From: an uncultured bacterium
Lineage (GTDB): Bacteria > UBA8481
Direction: 5' to 3'
DNA length: 60,650 nt
Assembly: GCA_964499705.1 (NCBI GenBank)
Contig: CAZCME010000001.1
Coordinates: forward strand, 447,243 to 507,892
Of this stretch, positions 24,634-35,300 are shown piece after piece (the first letter of the stretch is position 1; the number at the start of each line of letters is the position of its first letter). Both the position numbers and the translations under genes were made by a program. The notes beneath the pieces were generated by a model. That model was not told the origin of the DNA. It saw nothing but the letters and a program-made list of their open reading frames with translations, and did not search any database.

Positions 24634-27078
24634 ATGGCTAAATTCGGCAAGCTCGCGATTGACTTCGGGTCCAGCGCGATCAAGTTCATTCAGATCGGCG
24701 GCAAGCCGGATGCTCCGAAAATCGAGAAGATCGACAGGGCTGTCATCACGGCGGCCGCCGGAGAAAACGCCGATGTTTTTCCCAAGCAGGCCGTTTCCGC
24801 GGCGCTGAAAGAACTTATCGCTCGCAATAAACTCGGCAAGACGAAGAAAGTCGCCATCACGATTCCGGGACAGGCCGCCATCATCAGGACGGTCAAGATC
24901 CAGGAAGCGCCACCCGAGCGCATTGCTCAGATTGTCCGGTATGAAGCGGAACCGCTCGTGCCTTTCCCGCTCGACGAATGCGCCTTCGGTTACAAGGTCA
25001 TTCAGCATGTCAAGGGTGAAGGCGGCGCGGCCGGCTCGATGAAGGTTCTTCTCATCGCCGTCAAGAACGAGCGCATCAATGATTACGTCGAAGTATTGCG
25101 CGAAAACAACATCATTCCCGAACTGATCGAAGTGGCGCCTTATTCGAGCGCGAACGCATTCAAATCGGTTAATGCGACGGAAACGGACGCGGTCGCCCTC
25201 GTGGATTTCGGTCACGGAACAACGGATATATCCGTCATACGTAACGGCGAGATGGAATTCACGCGAGCCGCCACGGTTGCGGGGGTTTCGTTCACGCAGG
25301 CTCTTCAGTCGAAGCTGAATGTTTCACTCGATGAAGCGGAACGATTAAAGAGGACGAAGGTGAGAATCAGCACCGCGGCTCCGCAACGAGGAGCGCGAGG
25401 GCCTCAGGCCCGGCCTGGAATTCCAGCACCGGCCGGAGGGCCCCCCGCCCCGGCTGGACCTCCGGGTGCGCCACCACGTCCGATGGGGCCGGGTGGACCT
25501 CCATCTGCCGGCGGACCCGGTGGACCTCCGCCCATGCCGGCCGGACCCGGTGGACCTCCGCCCATGCCGGCCGGACCCGGTGGACCTCCGCCCATGNNNN
25601 NNNNNNNNNNNNNNNNNNNNNNNNNNNNNNNNNNNNNNNNNNNNNNNNNNNNNNNNNNNNNNNNNNNNNNNNNNNNNNNNNNNNNNNNNNNNNNNNGAGC
25701 ACCACCTCCGCCTGCCGGCCCGCCGCCCGCCGGTGGACCGCCGAAGCCGCCCGGCCCTGGAGCGCCACCAGCACCAAGCGGACTGATGGGCGCGAAGCCG
25801 CCTGGACCACCTCCCGCACCCGGCGGATTAATGGGCGCGAAGCCGCCTGGGGCCCCTCCTGCACCCGGCGGATTGATGGGCGCAAAGCCGCCTGGACCAC
25901 CTCCCGCACCCGGTGGACTAATGGGTGCGAAGCCGCCCGGTGCCCCTCCGGCAGCCGGTGGACTGATGGGCGCGAAGCCGCCCGGTGCCCCGCCCGCACC
26001 CGGTGGACTAATGGGTGCGAAGCCGCCTGCTCCGCCATCCCCGCCGCCACCACCTCCTCCACCATCCGGTGGTCAGGAGCCCAGTGCGGATCCGGGAGCT
26101 TCTGCAGGCGCGGAGGAGATGAGCACCATTGTTCAGCCACTGGCGGAGCGCATGCTCGCGGAAATCCGTCGTTCGCTCGAATACTTCTCATCCCAGGAAG
26201 ATGGTGTACCTGTGACGAGAATGTACATCACCGGTTCCGGCGCCAAGCTTTCCGGCCTCAAGGAGTTTCTGAGCGCGCGATTGAATCTGGAGATTGTCGA
26301 GCTGGATGCGTTCGGTATCGCGAAGTTGCCGTCGACGGGCGTGGAGGATCCATCCGCTTATCAGACGGTATATGGATTGGCGGTGCGGCTGCTCTCGCCC
26401 GCGGATGCGACCCTCAATCTGCTGCCCAGCAATCTGCTCGCGAGCCTCGCCGGCGAAGCCAAGAAAATCTGGGCGAAGTATGCGTCTATTCTCGGAATCG
26501 TGCTCATAGCCGAAGCGGGAGGATGGTGCTGGCTTAAATACGATCATCGAAAAACCAATGTGGAATTTCTCCGCGCGGAATACGAAGGCCCCGTCAAGCT
26601 CGGCACCAAGCCATTCACGATCGACGACAAGCCGGTCCTGCATAAGGAAGTGCTCGAACGCATCGCCGAGGTTCAGAAGCGCCGCGATCAGCTGGATGTC
26701 CGCTTCCAGGCCATTCACGAACTGGAGGTCACCAAGTACGATTGGATCGCGATCCTCCACGGGATCCAGCGCGTGATACCGGATAAGGCGTGGATCGCGG
26801 ACGCCGGATTCAGCCTCGGCTCCAGCGGCCTTGCTCTCAACATGAGGACGACTGAGGAGGACAATCCCCGGGTCATGTACAACAGCATCAACAACTCCCC
26901 CTTCCTCGAATGGGGCGGCGGCGGCATCAGCGTCAACCAGGTCGAGGAGCGTGGCCAGAAGATCTGGCAATGGTCCGTTCCCTTGAAGTTCAAGTTCCGT
27001 CCGGCGGGCGCCGCCGACGTCGATGAAAATGGCCAGCCGATCCACGCTTCGTTGCCCACGATCGAGAAGGAGGAGTAG
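24634..27078 (+). CDS. pilM: Type IV pilus PilM-PilN fusion with a long Pro/Gly-rich insertion (spans an assembly gap)
   Basis: PilM motifs LAIDFGSSAIK, LVDFGHGTTDI, SLDEAERLK, EIRRSLEYF, ITGSGAKLSGL. The frame continues into PilN-like TLNLLP, a TM, a coiled coil and DWIAILHGIQRVIPDKAWI. Length across the N gap is uncertain. Confidence 0.85.
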   Translation: MAKFGKLAIDFGSSAIKFIQIGGKPDAPKIEKIDRAVITAAAGENADVFPKQAVSAALKELIARNKLGKTKKVAITIPGQAAIIRTVKIQEAPPERIAQIVRYEAEPLVPFPLDECAFGYKVIQHVKGEGGAAGSMKVLLIAVKNERINDYVEVLRENNIIPELIEVAPYSSANAFKSVNATETDAVALVDFGHGTTDISVIRNGEMEFTRAATVAGVSFTQALQSKLNVSLDEAERLKRTKVRISTAAPQRGARGPQARPGIPAPAGGPPAPAGPPGAPPRPMGPGGPPSAGGPGGPPPMPAGPGGPPPMPAGPGGPPPMXXXXXXXXXXXXXXXXXXXXXXXXXXXXXXXXXXAPPPPAGPPPAGGPPKPPGPGAPPAPSGLMGAKPPGPPPAPGGLMGAKPPGAPPAPGGLMGAKPPGPPPAPGGLMGAKPPGAPPAAGGLMGAKPPGAPPAPGGLMGAKPPAPPSPPPPPPPPSGGQEPSADPGASAGAEEMSTIVQPLAERMLAEIRRSLEYFSSQEDGVPVTRMYITGSGAKLSGLKEFLSARLNLEIVELDAFGIAKLPSTGVEDPSAYQTVYGLAVRLLSPADATLNLLPSNLLASLAGEAKKIWAKYASILGIVLIAEAGGWCWLKYDHRKTNVEFLRAEYEGPVKLGTKPFTIDDKPVLHKEVLERIAEVQKRRDQLDVRFQAIHELEVTKYDWIAILHGIQRVIPDKAWIADAGFSLGSSGLALNMRTTEEDNPRVMYNSINNSPFLEWGGGGISVNQVEERGQKIWQWSVPLKFKFRPAGAADVDENGQPIHASLPTIEKEE
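25488..26030 (+). repeat. Coding tandem repeats within pilM: 30-bp units (GPGGPPPMPA) and six ~45-bp units (GLMGAKPPGxPPAxG)
   Basis: Repeated CCCGGTGGACCTCCGCCCATGCCGGCCGGA runs into the gap; six GGAYTRATGGGYGCRAAGCCG starts lie between about 25780 and 26030. Confidence 0.9.
25597..25696. other. Scaffold gap (100 N)
   Basis: Run of 100 Ns inside the tandem-repeat region; probably a placeholder for an unknown length. Confidence 0.99.
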
Positions 27079-27080
27079 CG

Positions 27081-27827
27081 ATGAACAAGAACATCGTGTA
27101 CGTCACGCTCCTCCTGGGCCTCGGCGGATACTTCGCCTACGACACGTATTATCCGGAGTATGTTAAATGGGAATCGGAGATCGAGGAGCTTCAGAAGAAG
27201 ATCGATACAGCCAAGCAGAATGCTCCGAAGCTTGCGGACCTCCGGAAGGACGAGCAGCAGCTCAAGTCCCGCCTGCGCGCTTCTCTGGCGCAATTGCCTT
27301 CAGGGGCGGAGCTGACCGACCTGATGGTCATGGTCATGCCGCTCCTCGAGGAATGCGGCATATCCTCGTCGCGCATCACGCAGAAGAGCGTGGACAATCC
27401 CCAGTTGCAGCAGGTGTATCGCGTTCATCCGATCAAGATCAGCGGCATCAAGGATCTGTCCATGCAGACCATCATAGAAGTGATGCACAAGATTCGGGAG
27501 TTCAAGCGTATCATTAATGCCAAGAGCGTCCGGATGCAGCGGACCGGGCCCGACCGCTACACGCTGGATATGGACCTCGAAACGTATTCGTATATCGAGA
27601 CGGAAGGCGAGGATCTGGGCCTCGAAGAGGAGCCCGTTCCCGAGGAAACGCCCGCGACCCCGGCGGCTGAGACGACGCCCGCGGAGACGGAAAGCAGCGG
27701 CGAAACACAGGCCGCGGCGCCGGTGACCACCGAGGACACGCAGACCGCCGACGCGGAAAATGCGACCGAAACGGAGCAGGCCGGAGCGCCGTCGGACACG
27801 GGCGCCACGGCCGAAGGAGCGCGCTGA
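27081..27827 (+). CDS. pilO: Type IV pilus assembly protein PilO
   Basis: N-terminal TM, coiled coil, LAQLPSGAELTDLM, YRVHPIKI, IREFKRIINA, LETYSY; acidic tail; position after pilMN. Confidence 0.82.
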   Translation: MNKNIVYVTLLLGLGGYFAYDTYYPEYVKWESEIEELQKKIDTAKQNAPKLADLRKDEQQLKSRLRASLAQLPSGAELTDLMVMVMPLLEECGISSSRITQKSVDNPQLQQVYRVHPIKISGIKDLSMQTIIEVMHKIREFKRIINAKSVRMQRTGPDRYTLDMDLETYSYIETEGEDLGLEEEPVPEETPATPAAETTPAETESSGETQAAAPVTTEDTQTADAENATETEQAGAPSDTGATAEGAR

Positions 27828-28510
27828 TGGCGATCGCGATGCCGAAGGTCGATCCGATGAAGTCGGGATTCGTGGTGCTCCTGCTGGCTGACCTGGCTCT
27901 GGGATATCCGGTGTATGAAACATTCTCCGCGGATCCGAAAAGCGAAATGAAACCGGTCACGGTCCAGGCCAAGCCTATCCAGCTCCCCGGCGGATCCGAT
28001 GCGGATACGGAACAGATGAAGACGGGATTTCCGCCACGGGAACTGCTCGGTTGGGATCCCTTCAAGATTCCCAAGGGAGTCGGACCGATTGTGGAAGGAG
28101 AATCGGAAGGCCAGGCCGTGGTTTCGACCGGACAACCCGTCCAGACGGATAACATCCGGCTCCACGGCATCATTAACTTCAACGGGCAGTATCGCGCGCT
28201 CGTTTCGGTCGGTGGTGGAGCATCCACAATTGCTCCGCAACAGGGCGGCCAGGGACAAGGCCAGGGCGCGGCGGGGGCCTCGACCGCATCGAGCCTGAAT
28301 CCTCCGGAGGAAGTTCGCAAGGGGATGATCCTGCCGGGCACGAGCGACATCAAGGCGGAGGACATCCGTCGTGACGGAATGCTCCTGACGCAACCGGGAT
28401 CGCTGCCGACATTCCTGCCTCTGACCGTGCCTGGATTATCTTCACCGAAGCCGTGGTTTCGCGCCGATGACGCCTTTTCCATTCGAGGCAGGCTCGAGCT
28501 GAACCGATAA
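27827..28510 (+). CDS. PilP-like protein
   Basis: WDPFKIP motif followed by IRLHGII...YRALV...VRKGMIL; position between pilO and the secretin genes. No lipobox Cys seen. Confidence 0.6.
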   Translation: MAIAMPKVDPMKSGFVVLLLADLALGYPVYETFSADPKSEMKPVTVQAKPIQLPGGSDADTEQMKTGFPPRELLGWDPFKIPKGVGPIVEGESEGQAVVSTGQPVQTDNIRLHGIINFNGQYRALVSVGGGASTIAPQQGGQGQGQGAAGASTASSLNPPEEVRKGMILPGTSDIKAEDIRRDGMLLTQPGSLPTFLPLTVPGLSSPKPWFRADDAFSIRGRLELNR

Positions 28511-28650
28511 GTGAGAAACTTGGAAATTTTCGTGGGATCGAACATTGAAACCCCGTATGATCCTGCGTCGGCCGGCGCCCTTGGTGACGTCGGCTTCTCG
28601 AATCCATTGAGGTGATCGCGCGTGCGTGAATATTCCGGAGGGGTAAAATC

Positions 28651-31600
28651 TTGATCGGTCTGCGCATGCGCTTGCGCGCGTCATCCTCGCCCTTTATCCG
28701 GCTTGTACCCGTGTTCTCGACATTGATCGTGCTCCTGGCGATGCTTCATGCGCCTGTCCAATCCCAGCAGCTCATCATCGAAGCTGGACCGGTTGCTTCC
28801 TTCGAAATCACGGCTCCGTCGATCGCGCGCGTCGGCGAGCGGATCGCGATCCGCGTCACGGCCCGGGACGCGGCCGGAAATATCGCGCGCACTTACGATA
28901 AATCCGGCGGCTCCGTCAATCTCAGCACGACTCCCGCGCCCTCGGGCGGTGAAGCCGTCGAGCCGAATCGTTTTGCGGCCTCCGCGTTTCGCGATGGAGT
29001 CCTGGACGCGACGGTCACGCTCATGCGCGCCGGGACATACGAGCTCCTTGTGGAGGATCCCGCCGCGCGCGTGTCCGCGAGGACGGGCCGGATCGACGTC
29101 AAGCCCGGCGAAGTCGCCTCCATCAGGGTGATGCCTCCGCAGGAAGCGCGCGTCGGCGAGGCATTCGACGTCGCCATCGAGCTGTATGATCGCTACGGAA
29201 ATTCGGTCTCGGACTACGACCGATCCGGATCGGAAGTGAGAATCAAACAGGGACTGGCCGGCAGCGTCGGGCGCTTCGAGCCCGCATCGGTATCTCCGTC
29301 GCTCTTCTCGCAGGGGCGAGCGACCGTTCGCGTGCGGTATTCCCAGGCTGAAAACGCGGTGATCCTTGTCGAGGCGGGGACGGCGCGCGGCGTGTCGAGC
29401 CCGGTCAATGTGCGCGCCGGAGAACTGGATCGCTTCATCGTGACGCTTCCCGCACGGAAGGTGATCGCGGGGGAACCTTTCGGGATTGTCGTCGAGGCGC
29501 GCGACGCGGGCGGCAACACGATCACCGATTATAACCGTGTCGGCGGCGTCGTTTCGCTCCGGTCGACCGGCACCGGCAATATCGAACCTTCCTCCTTGCC
29601 GCCCACTGCGTTTTCGTCGGGCATCGCCATGGTGAACGTGCGGTATAACATCACGGAGAAGATCGGGCTGATCGCGGAGGATCAGACGGGATCCAAGCGC
29701 GGCGAGAGCAGCGAGAAACTGGAAGTGGTCGGAGGCCGGCTCGGCCGGATCGAGATCGTTCCGGCGGAGAACGCCCGAGCCGGCGCGCCCCTGGCGGTGC
29801 AGGTTCTCGGCTATGACATCTTCGGCAATTTCATCCGCGACTACTCGGAACGGCACATGCGCATCATCGTTTCTTCCGCCGATGCCGCGCCGCTCGAAGC
29901 TCCCGTCGTCACCTCCTCATCCTTTCGAACCGGAGTCGCCATGATCACCGTGACGCCCGTCAAGGCGGGCATGCTCATCATCCAAGCGGTCGACGATGTT
30001 TCGGGCGCCGGCGGCCGGTCCGTTCCGGTGAGAGTCAAGTCCGGCGTCGTCGCGTCCTTCTCGATCCGTACGCCGCTGGCCGCCGTGGCTCACGAGCCTT
30101 TCGATGTGGAGGTGACGGCGCTCGACAGGTTCGGCAATGTCATCGATGATTACAACCGTGTCGGGGCCGGGGTCGTCGTGGACCGGCCGGGCCAGGGTGA
30201 AGTGTCGCCCGTATCGATTCCGCCGTCCGCTTTCGTGGACGGGACCGCGCGCGTGAACCTGACATACAACACGGCGGAAGAGATCACGCTTTCGATGACC
30301 GAGCAGGGCGGCACGGCGCGCGGCAAAAGCAATCCGCTCGTCGTGACGCATTCGGCTCCGAAGCGCTTCATCGTCAAGTCCGGCACGCATGCCGCCGCGG
30401 GAGATCCGTTCCGCGTGACGATCACGGCGGTGGACGATTTCGGCAATCCCGTCTCCACCTATTCCGCGCTCAATCGCACCGTGTCGTTGTACCTGGAAAA
30501 CGGCGATCCGGTCGCACCGCCGGTCTTTTCGTCCGCGACGTTCCGGCGCGGAATCGCGGAACTGGACGCGGTGTTTTTTCGAACGGGCGACGCGGTACTT
30601 GTCGCCGAGGAACTGGGCGGCGCCGTTTCTGGAAAGTCGGGCGTCGTGCGCGTGCTGCCCGGCCGCCCCTCCCAACTGATCGTGGCGGCCCCTGCTTCCG
30701 TCGAAGCGGGATCGCCCCTGGCCATCCGCATCGAGGTCAAGGACCGGCTCGGCAACCGCATTCGCGATTACTCGCCTGCGGCGGCGTCGCTGACGCTCAA
30801 GATCGTCTCCCCGAACGGCGAAGTGCTTCCCAATTATGTCTCGCTCGGCGACATATCGAGAATGGTATTCCGCGAAGGGGTAGCGGAACTCTCCGTGCTG
30901 CCCCGGCAGGTGGGAGCGATCGTGTTTGAAGTGGGCGACGAGATGATGAATATCGCGGGGCGGTCCCAGCCGGTGCGCGTCACATCCGGTCCCGTGGATC
31001 ACTTCAAGGTGGAGAGCCTGTCGCAGGGATCTCTGCGCGCGGGCGAACCTCTGAAACTGCGAGTCACGGCTCTCGATGCGTTCGGCAATCTGGTGACGCA
31101 GTACGGCCGGGATGGAAGCGGAGCGCGGCTGATGGCGCAGACGAAGTCGGGCGCAGGAATGGTGCCCGCGTCAGGAGTGTTCGTGCCCTCGACGATCCGG
31201 GGCGAAGCGTTCCATGAGGGTGTCGCGGAGATCTACGCGCTGTACGACAAGGCGGAAGCGGTCGACGTGCTCGTCGATCGGCTCGCGTCTGGCGCGACGG
31301 TCCGGCCTGAAGTCGTGGCCGCGGCGGCCACCGTGCGCGCCGGCGGCACGCTCATTTCCATCATCGGCAATTCTCCGCTCGCCATGGGCGACGCCCGTCG
31401 CCTGACGGAATCGCTCCTGGAGATGATGATCCCGGGCGCGATCCTCTCTTCCAAGGGAGTCGGCGTGTCGCGGCAGAGCGGCATCGTTTCGCTCGTCACG
31501 CTGTCCCAGACGGACGAAGGTGTCCGCGTGCTCATTCACGCCATGGGACCCGCGGTCATGCGCGCGGGCACGGATGCGAACCGCGTCGTCATCGATGTGG

Positions 31601-32307
31601 ATCCGGTGATCGCGGGGTCATCGAGCCGCCAGCCGGTCCTGGTTCCCGCCGAGGCATCCGGTTCGCCGCCGATCCGCCGGGATATCCCCACACTTCCCGC
31701 GCAGAACGCGGCTCCGGTGGCTCCGGTCGCTCCCGCCGCGAGCGCATCCCGCATGACGGATGTGGACCGGCTCGTCCGGGAGAATCGTTTCCCGGAGGCG
31801 CTTACGGTCGTGGACGAGCTGATCAGCGGAAATCCGAGCGACGCTTCGCTCCGTAATCTCCGTCGTCGTCTCGAAACGCTCACGAACATCATGAAGCAGC
31901 CTGCCGCTTCGGCGGCGCCGTCGCAGTCCATGTCGACCTCGACGAATCCCATGATGCCCGTGACCCCGATGGTGACAATGCCTCCTTCGCCCGAGGTGCC
32001 GGTACTCCCGATGATGCCGCAAAATCAATCTTTACAACCGCCTTCGCAGGCGATACAAATCCCAGACAAGTCTGTTCCAGCGGTTGTTCCGTCGCCCGTT
32101 CCGCCCGTCGCACCAACACCTCTTCCGGGCAAGCCTGAGGCTTCGGAGGACATGGTCGCGATGGAAGCGGCCGTTCGCGCCGGAAAGTATCGTGAGGCAT
32201 TGACGATATTGGACCGGCACATCGCGGCCAATCCGCAGGATTCCACCGCGGCAAGAATGAGAATACGAATTGAACAGATGATCAAAATATTGGACGGACA
32301 ACAGTGA
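28651..32307 (+). CDS. Large exported protein: 8 tandem Ig-like repeats, an AMIN-like domain, Pro-rich linkers and two TPR-like hairpins
   Basis: Signal peptide ..LHAPVQS; eight ~100-aa repeats F.I.AP..A.AGEPF.V.VTA.DxxGN...Y; C-terminal hairpins ENRFPEALTVVDELISGNPSD and AGKYREALTILDRHIAANPQD. The start may be ATG 28666. Confidence 0.82.
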   Translation: MIGLRMRLRASSSPFIRLVPVFSTLIVLLAMLHAPVQSQQLIIEAGPVASFEITAPSIARVGERIAIRVTARDAAGNIARTYDKSGGSVNLSTTPAPSGGEAVEPNRFAASAFRDGVLDATVTLMRAGTYELLVEDPAARVSARTGRIDVKPGEVASIRVMPPQEARVGEAFDVAIELYDRYGNSVSDYDRSGSEVRIKQGLAGSVGRFEPASVSPSLFSQGRATVRVRYSQAENAVILVEAGTARGVSSPVNVRAGELDRFIVTLPARKVIAGEPFGIVVEARDAGGNTITDYNRVGGVVSLRSTGTGNIEPSSLPPTAFSSGIAMVNVRYNITEKIGLIAEDQTGSKRGESSEKLEVVGGRLGRIEIVPAENARAGAPLAVQVLGYDIFGNFIRDYSERHMRIIVSSADAAPLEAPVVTSSSFRTGVAMITVTPVKAGMLIIQAVDDVSGAGGRSVPVRVKSGVVASFSIRTPLAAVAHEPFDVEVTALDRFGNVIDDYNRVGAGVVVDRPGQGEVSPVSIPPSAFVDGTARVNLTYNTAEEITLSMTEQGGTARGKSNPLVVTHSAPKRFIVKSGTHAAAGDPFRVTITAVDDFGNPVSTYSALNRTVSLYLENGDPVAPPVFSSATFRRGIAELDAVFFRTGDAVLVAEELGGAVSGKSGVVRVLPGRPSQLIVAAPASVEAGSPLAIRIEVKDRLGNRIRDYSPAAASLTLKIVSPNGEVLPNYVSLGDISRMVFREGVAELSVLPRQVGAIVFEVGDEMMNIAGRSQPVRVTSGPVDHFKVESLSQGSLRAGEPLKLRVTALDAFGNLVTQYGRDGSGARLMAQTKSGAGMVPASGVFVPSTIRGEAFHEGVAEIYALYDKAEAVDVLVDRLASGATVRPEVVAAAATVRAGGTLISIIGNSPLAMGDARRLTESLLEMMIPGAILSSKGVGVSRQSGIVSLVTLSQTDEGVRVLIHAMGPAVMRAGTDANRVVIDVDPVIAGSSSRQPVLVPAEASGSPPIRRDIPTLPAQNAAPVAPVAPAASASRMTDVDRLVRENRFPEALTVVDELISGNPSDASLRNLRRRLETLTNIMKQPAASAAPSQSMSTSTNPMMPVTPMVTMPPSPEVPVLPMMPQNQSLQPPSQAIQIPDKSVPAVVPSPVPPVAPTPLPGKPEASEDMVAMEAAVRAGKYREALTILDRHIAANPQDSTAARMRIRIEQMIKILDGQQ

Positions 32308-35300
32308 TAAAAAGCGGCAAGCGCAAGTCATTCTTCATCCTTCACACTTCCACCTTCATCCTTGCCTTATTGTGCCTGGGATTTTTCAGCGGGGACGCTC
32401 AGTCCCAGACGGCTCAGCAGGCCCAGGCGAATCCCGCCCTGGAACAGGCCGCTCTTTATTTCGCGCTCGGTTCCTTCGACGCGGCCGAAGCGGAAGTGCG
32501 GCGTTTTCTCTCGATGTATCCGGATCATGCGAGAAAAGGGGAGGCGATCAGCCTGCTGGCGGAGATCCGGATCGAGAAGGAGCGATCGAGAATCACGGCC
32601 ACCGCTCCTGACGTCTCAGGCTCCAGGGAAAATGTCCAGCCCGACAGGAACACAGGCGGCGCCACGCCGAAGGTTCTCGATCCCGCGATCCTTTCGTCTC
32701 CGCGCACCGAAGCTCCGGTCAAGTGGGAGAAGCAATTCCCGGGCGAACCATCGCAATTCCGGAAGGATGGCATCTATGCCGTCACGGCGAATGGCGAGGG
32801 ACCTCGCTCCACCATTCGCATTCTCTTCTCCGGCACCGGCGATGTTTCGTTCAGGCGGACCGGCTCGTCGCTGCTGATCGAGGTGGCCGGAGTCGCCGAT
32901 GCGTTGCCGCGCGGCAATATCGACCTGCCGGGCGGAGGCGCGACGCGGATCCGCCACGTGCAGGCGTCCACGGAACCTCTGGTGTCGAGAATCTCGATCG
33001 ACCTGAAGAGCGCGGAAGTGAAGGCGACGGTCACGCCGGCGGGTGAGGAGATCGTCGTCGAGATCGAGGATATCTCCAGCTCGACCGATCAGGCCGCGCC
33101 CCAGGGCGGGCTTTATCGGTCGCCGATTCCGTCGGATCGATACCGCGTCGACATCCTCGGCGGCAACTTCCAGCGAGCGCTCGTCGCGGACGGCTTGACG
33201 GAAGCCCTCGTCGTCAAGGTCGTGGATCGCTCCACCAACGCGCCCGTCGCGAACGCGACCGTGGAATTCTTCACGGTCAACGAGGGGATGAAACTTTCGG
33301 ACAAGTCCATGATGACCGGCCCCGCGGGTTCTGCTTCGACGAGGGTGACCCTGGACCAGGTCGCGGGCCGCAAGATCGTGACCGCGCGTGTCATGGGAAC
33401 GCCCGCCGAAGTTTCGTTCGAATTGTACGCATTGCCCCGGCCTCCGGACTCGATCCGGAAGGTATCCGGAGAAGACGCCAAGGTGAGGACGCGCCAGACC
33501 GTGGCGACGCCGCTTGTAGCCGTGGTGCAGGACATCTATGGAAATCCGGTGCCGGGCGTGGCCGTGGAGTGGGATTACATTTCCGGCGGCGGCAAGATCG
33601 ACGCGGACGTCGAGGCGCTGGGATCGCAGACGAAGATCGAGACCGACAAGGACGGCCGCGTCACGCTGAGGCAGTGGACGACGGGCGCGCAGGCGGGGGA
33701 ACACAGGATCCAGGCGTCGTTCACGTCGGGCGAGATCACGAAGTACGCTCAATTCTCGATCAACGTTGATCCCCAGCTTGTCTCCATGGACTTCTACCAG
33801 ACTTCCGTGCCCGAGATACTCCGGTTCCTCGGTCGGATCGCGAACTGGAACCTCGTTCTCTCCGACGGCGTCTCCAAGTTGATCGAGGCCGACGCCATGA
33901 TCACGGTCCATCTCGAGAATGTGCCGATCGACGACGCGCTCGACAAGATCCTCGCGACGAAGAAGCTGGCGCGGATCGAGGAACCGGACGGATCGATCAA
34001 GATCATGACCTTCATCGAGGCGCAGACGCGGGGCCAGTCGGTCATCACGGACCCGTCCCAGCTCGATGTGCTCCCGCAGGACATGGTGCGGACCGTCGTC
34101 CTCAACATCGCCCCGCGTTCAGACTTCGGAGCGACGGTGGGATCGATCCAGCCCCTGATGACGGAGCAGGGCAAGATCATCTCCGACCCGGCGAGCCGCA
34201 AGGTGGTCGTGACGGATTATGTTTCCGTGATTCGCCGCATCCGAGACATTCTTGTCGAGTTCGAGAAGGCGGAAGACCGGCGGATCCTGACGTTTGAGAA
34301 TCTCAATTTCGAGGCGGAGCAGCTCAAGGCGTTCATGACGCAGCAGCTCCCCCCCGAAGTGAAGACGCTCTACATGGGCCGCACCGCCGTGCTCCTGGGT
34401 CCGACCACGGCGATCGACCGTATCGAGAATATCCTGCGCGCTCTCGATACGAACGAAGGCATCATCCGCCCGGGCGACGAAGTGCAGGGCAAGCAATTCG
34501 AGATCATCCCGCTCCGGTCGCAGAAAGCGACGGAGCTCGCCGGGATTCTCCTGTCCGTCTTCACGACGAACCAGCGCGCCCAGCAGCTTCTCTCCAGCGT
34601 GAACGTGAACGTCCGCGAGGAGCGAGTGACGAACACGACGACGACGGCCGGCACGACGGGCCAGGCGGCGCAGACAACGCAGACGGCGGCCGAACCTCGA
34701 AGCGCCGCGTCGCAGGCGACGAACCTGCTCGGTAAAGCGTTCCAGCAGATCCAGGAGGAAGTGCGGATCGTCGCGGAGCCGCGCACGAATTCGCTGATTC
34801 TGTATGGACTGGCGAGCGATCTGGCGATCGTCAAGCAGGTCATCCAGCGCCTCGATTCGATCGATCTCGCGACCGAGGAACTTTCCCGCGACAAGGTCAA
34901 GATCATTCAGCTCCAGTTCCGCAGTTCCGCCGAGGTACTGACGGCTCTGCGGCAGATCATGAATCTCGAAGGCACGGCCACGACGGATGTAAATCCGGCC
35001 ATGGGATGGTGGAATTATTGGTACACGGGAGGCGTTACAACAACATCGGTGGGCGCGTCCAACACGGCTACTCAACTCGGAGTGGCAGGAACATTCACGG
35101 AGACGCAGCCGCTTCCCTTGAAAATATTCGATATTGCCGATCCGAATCTCATCATCATCGTGGGCGGCGATTCCAAGCAGCGACTGCTGGCGACGACCCT
35201 GATCGACGATCTCGACCAGGCTGTGACGAGGACGGGAAATTATCTCCAGCTGTATTCCATGAACCACGTCCTTCCCAGCGAATTCAACAAGCTGCTGGAG

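Noticed and set aside
25488-26030. Tandem repeats considered as a CRISPR array
   Set aside because: The units are in-frame coding repeats with synonymous variation, have no unique spacers, and no cas genes are present.
28546-28569. ECF-like promoter TGAAAC...CGTC upstream of the Ig-repeat gene
   Set aside because: The spacer is 14 nt rather than the usual ~16, which is too weak to call.
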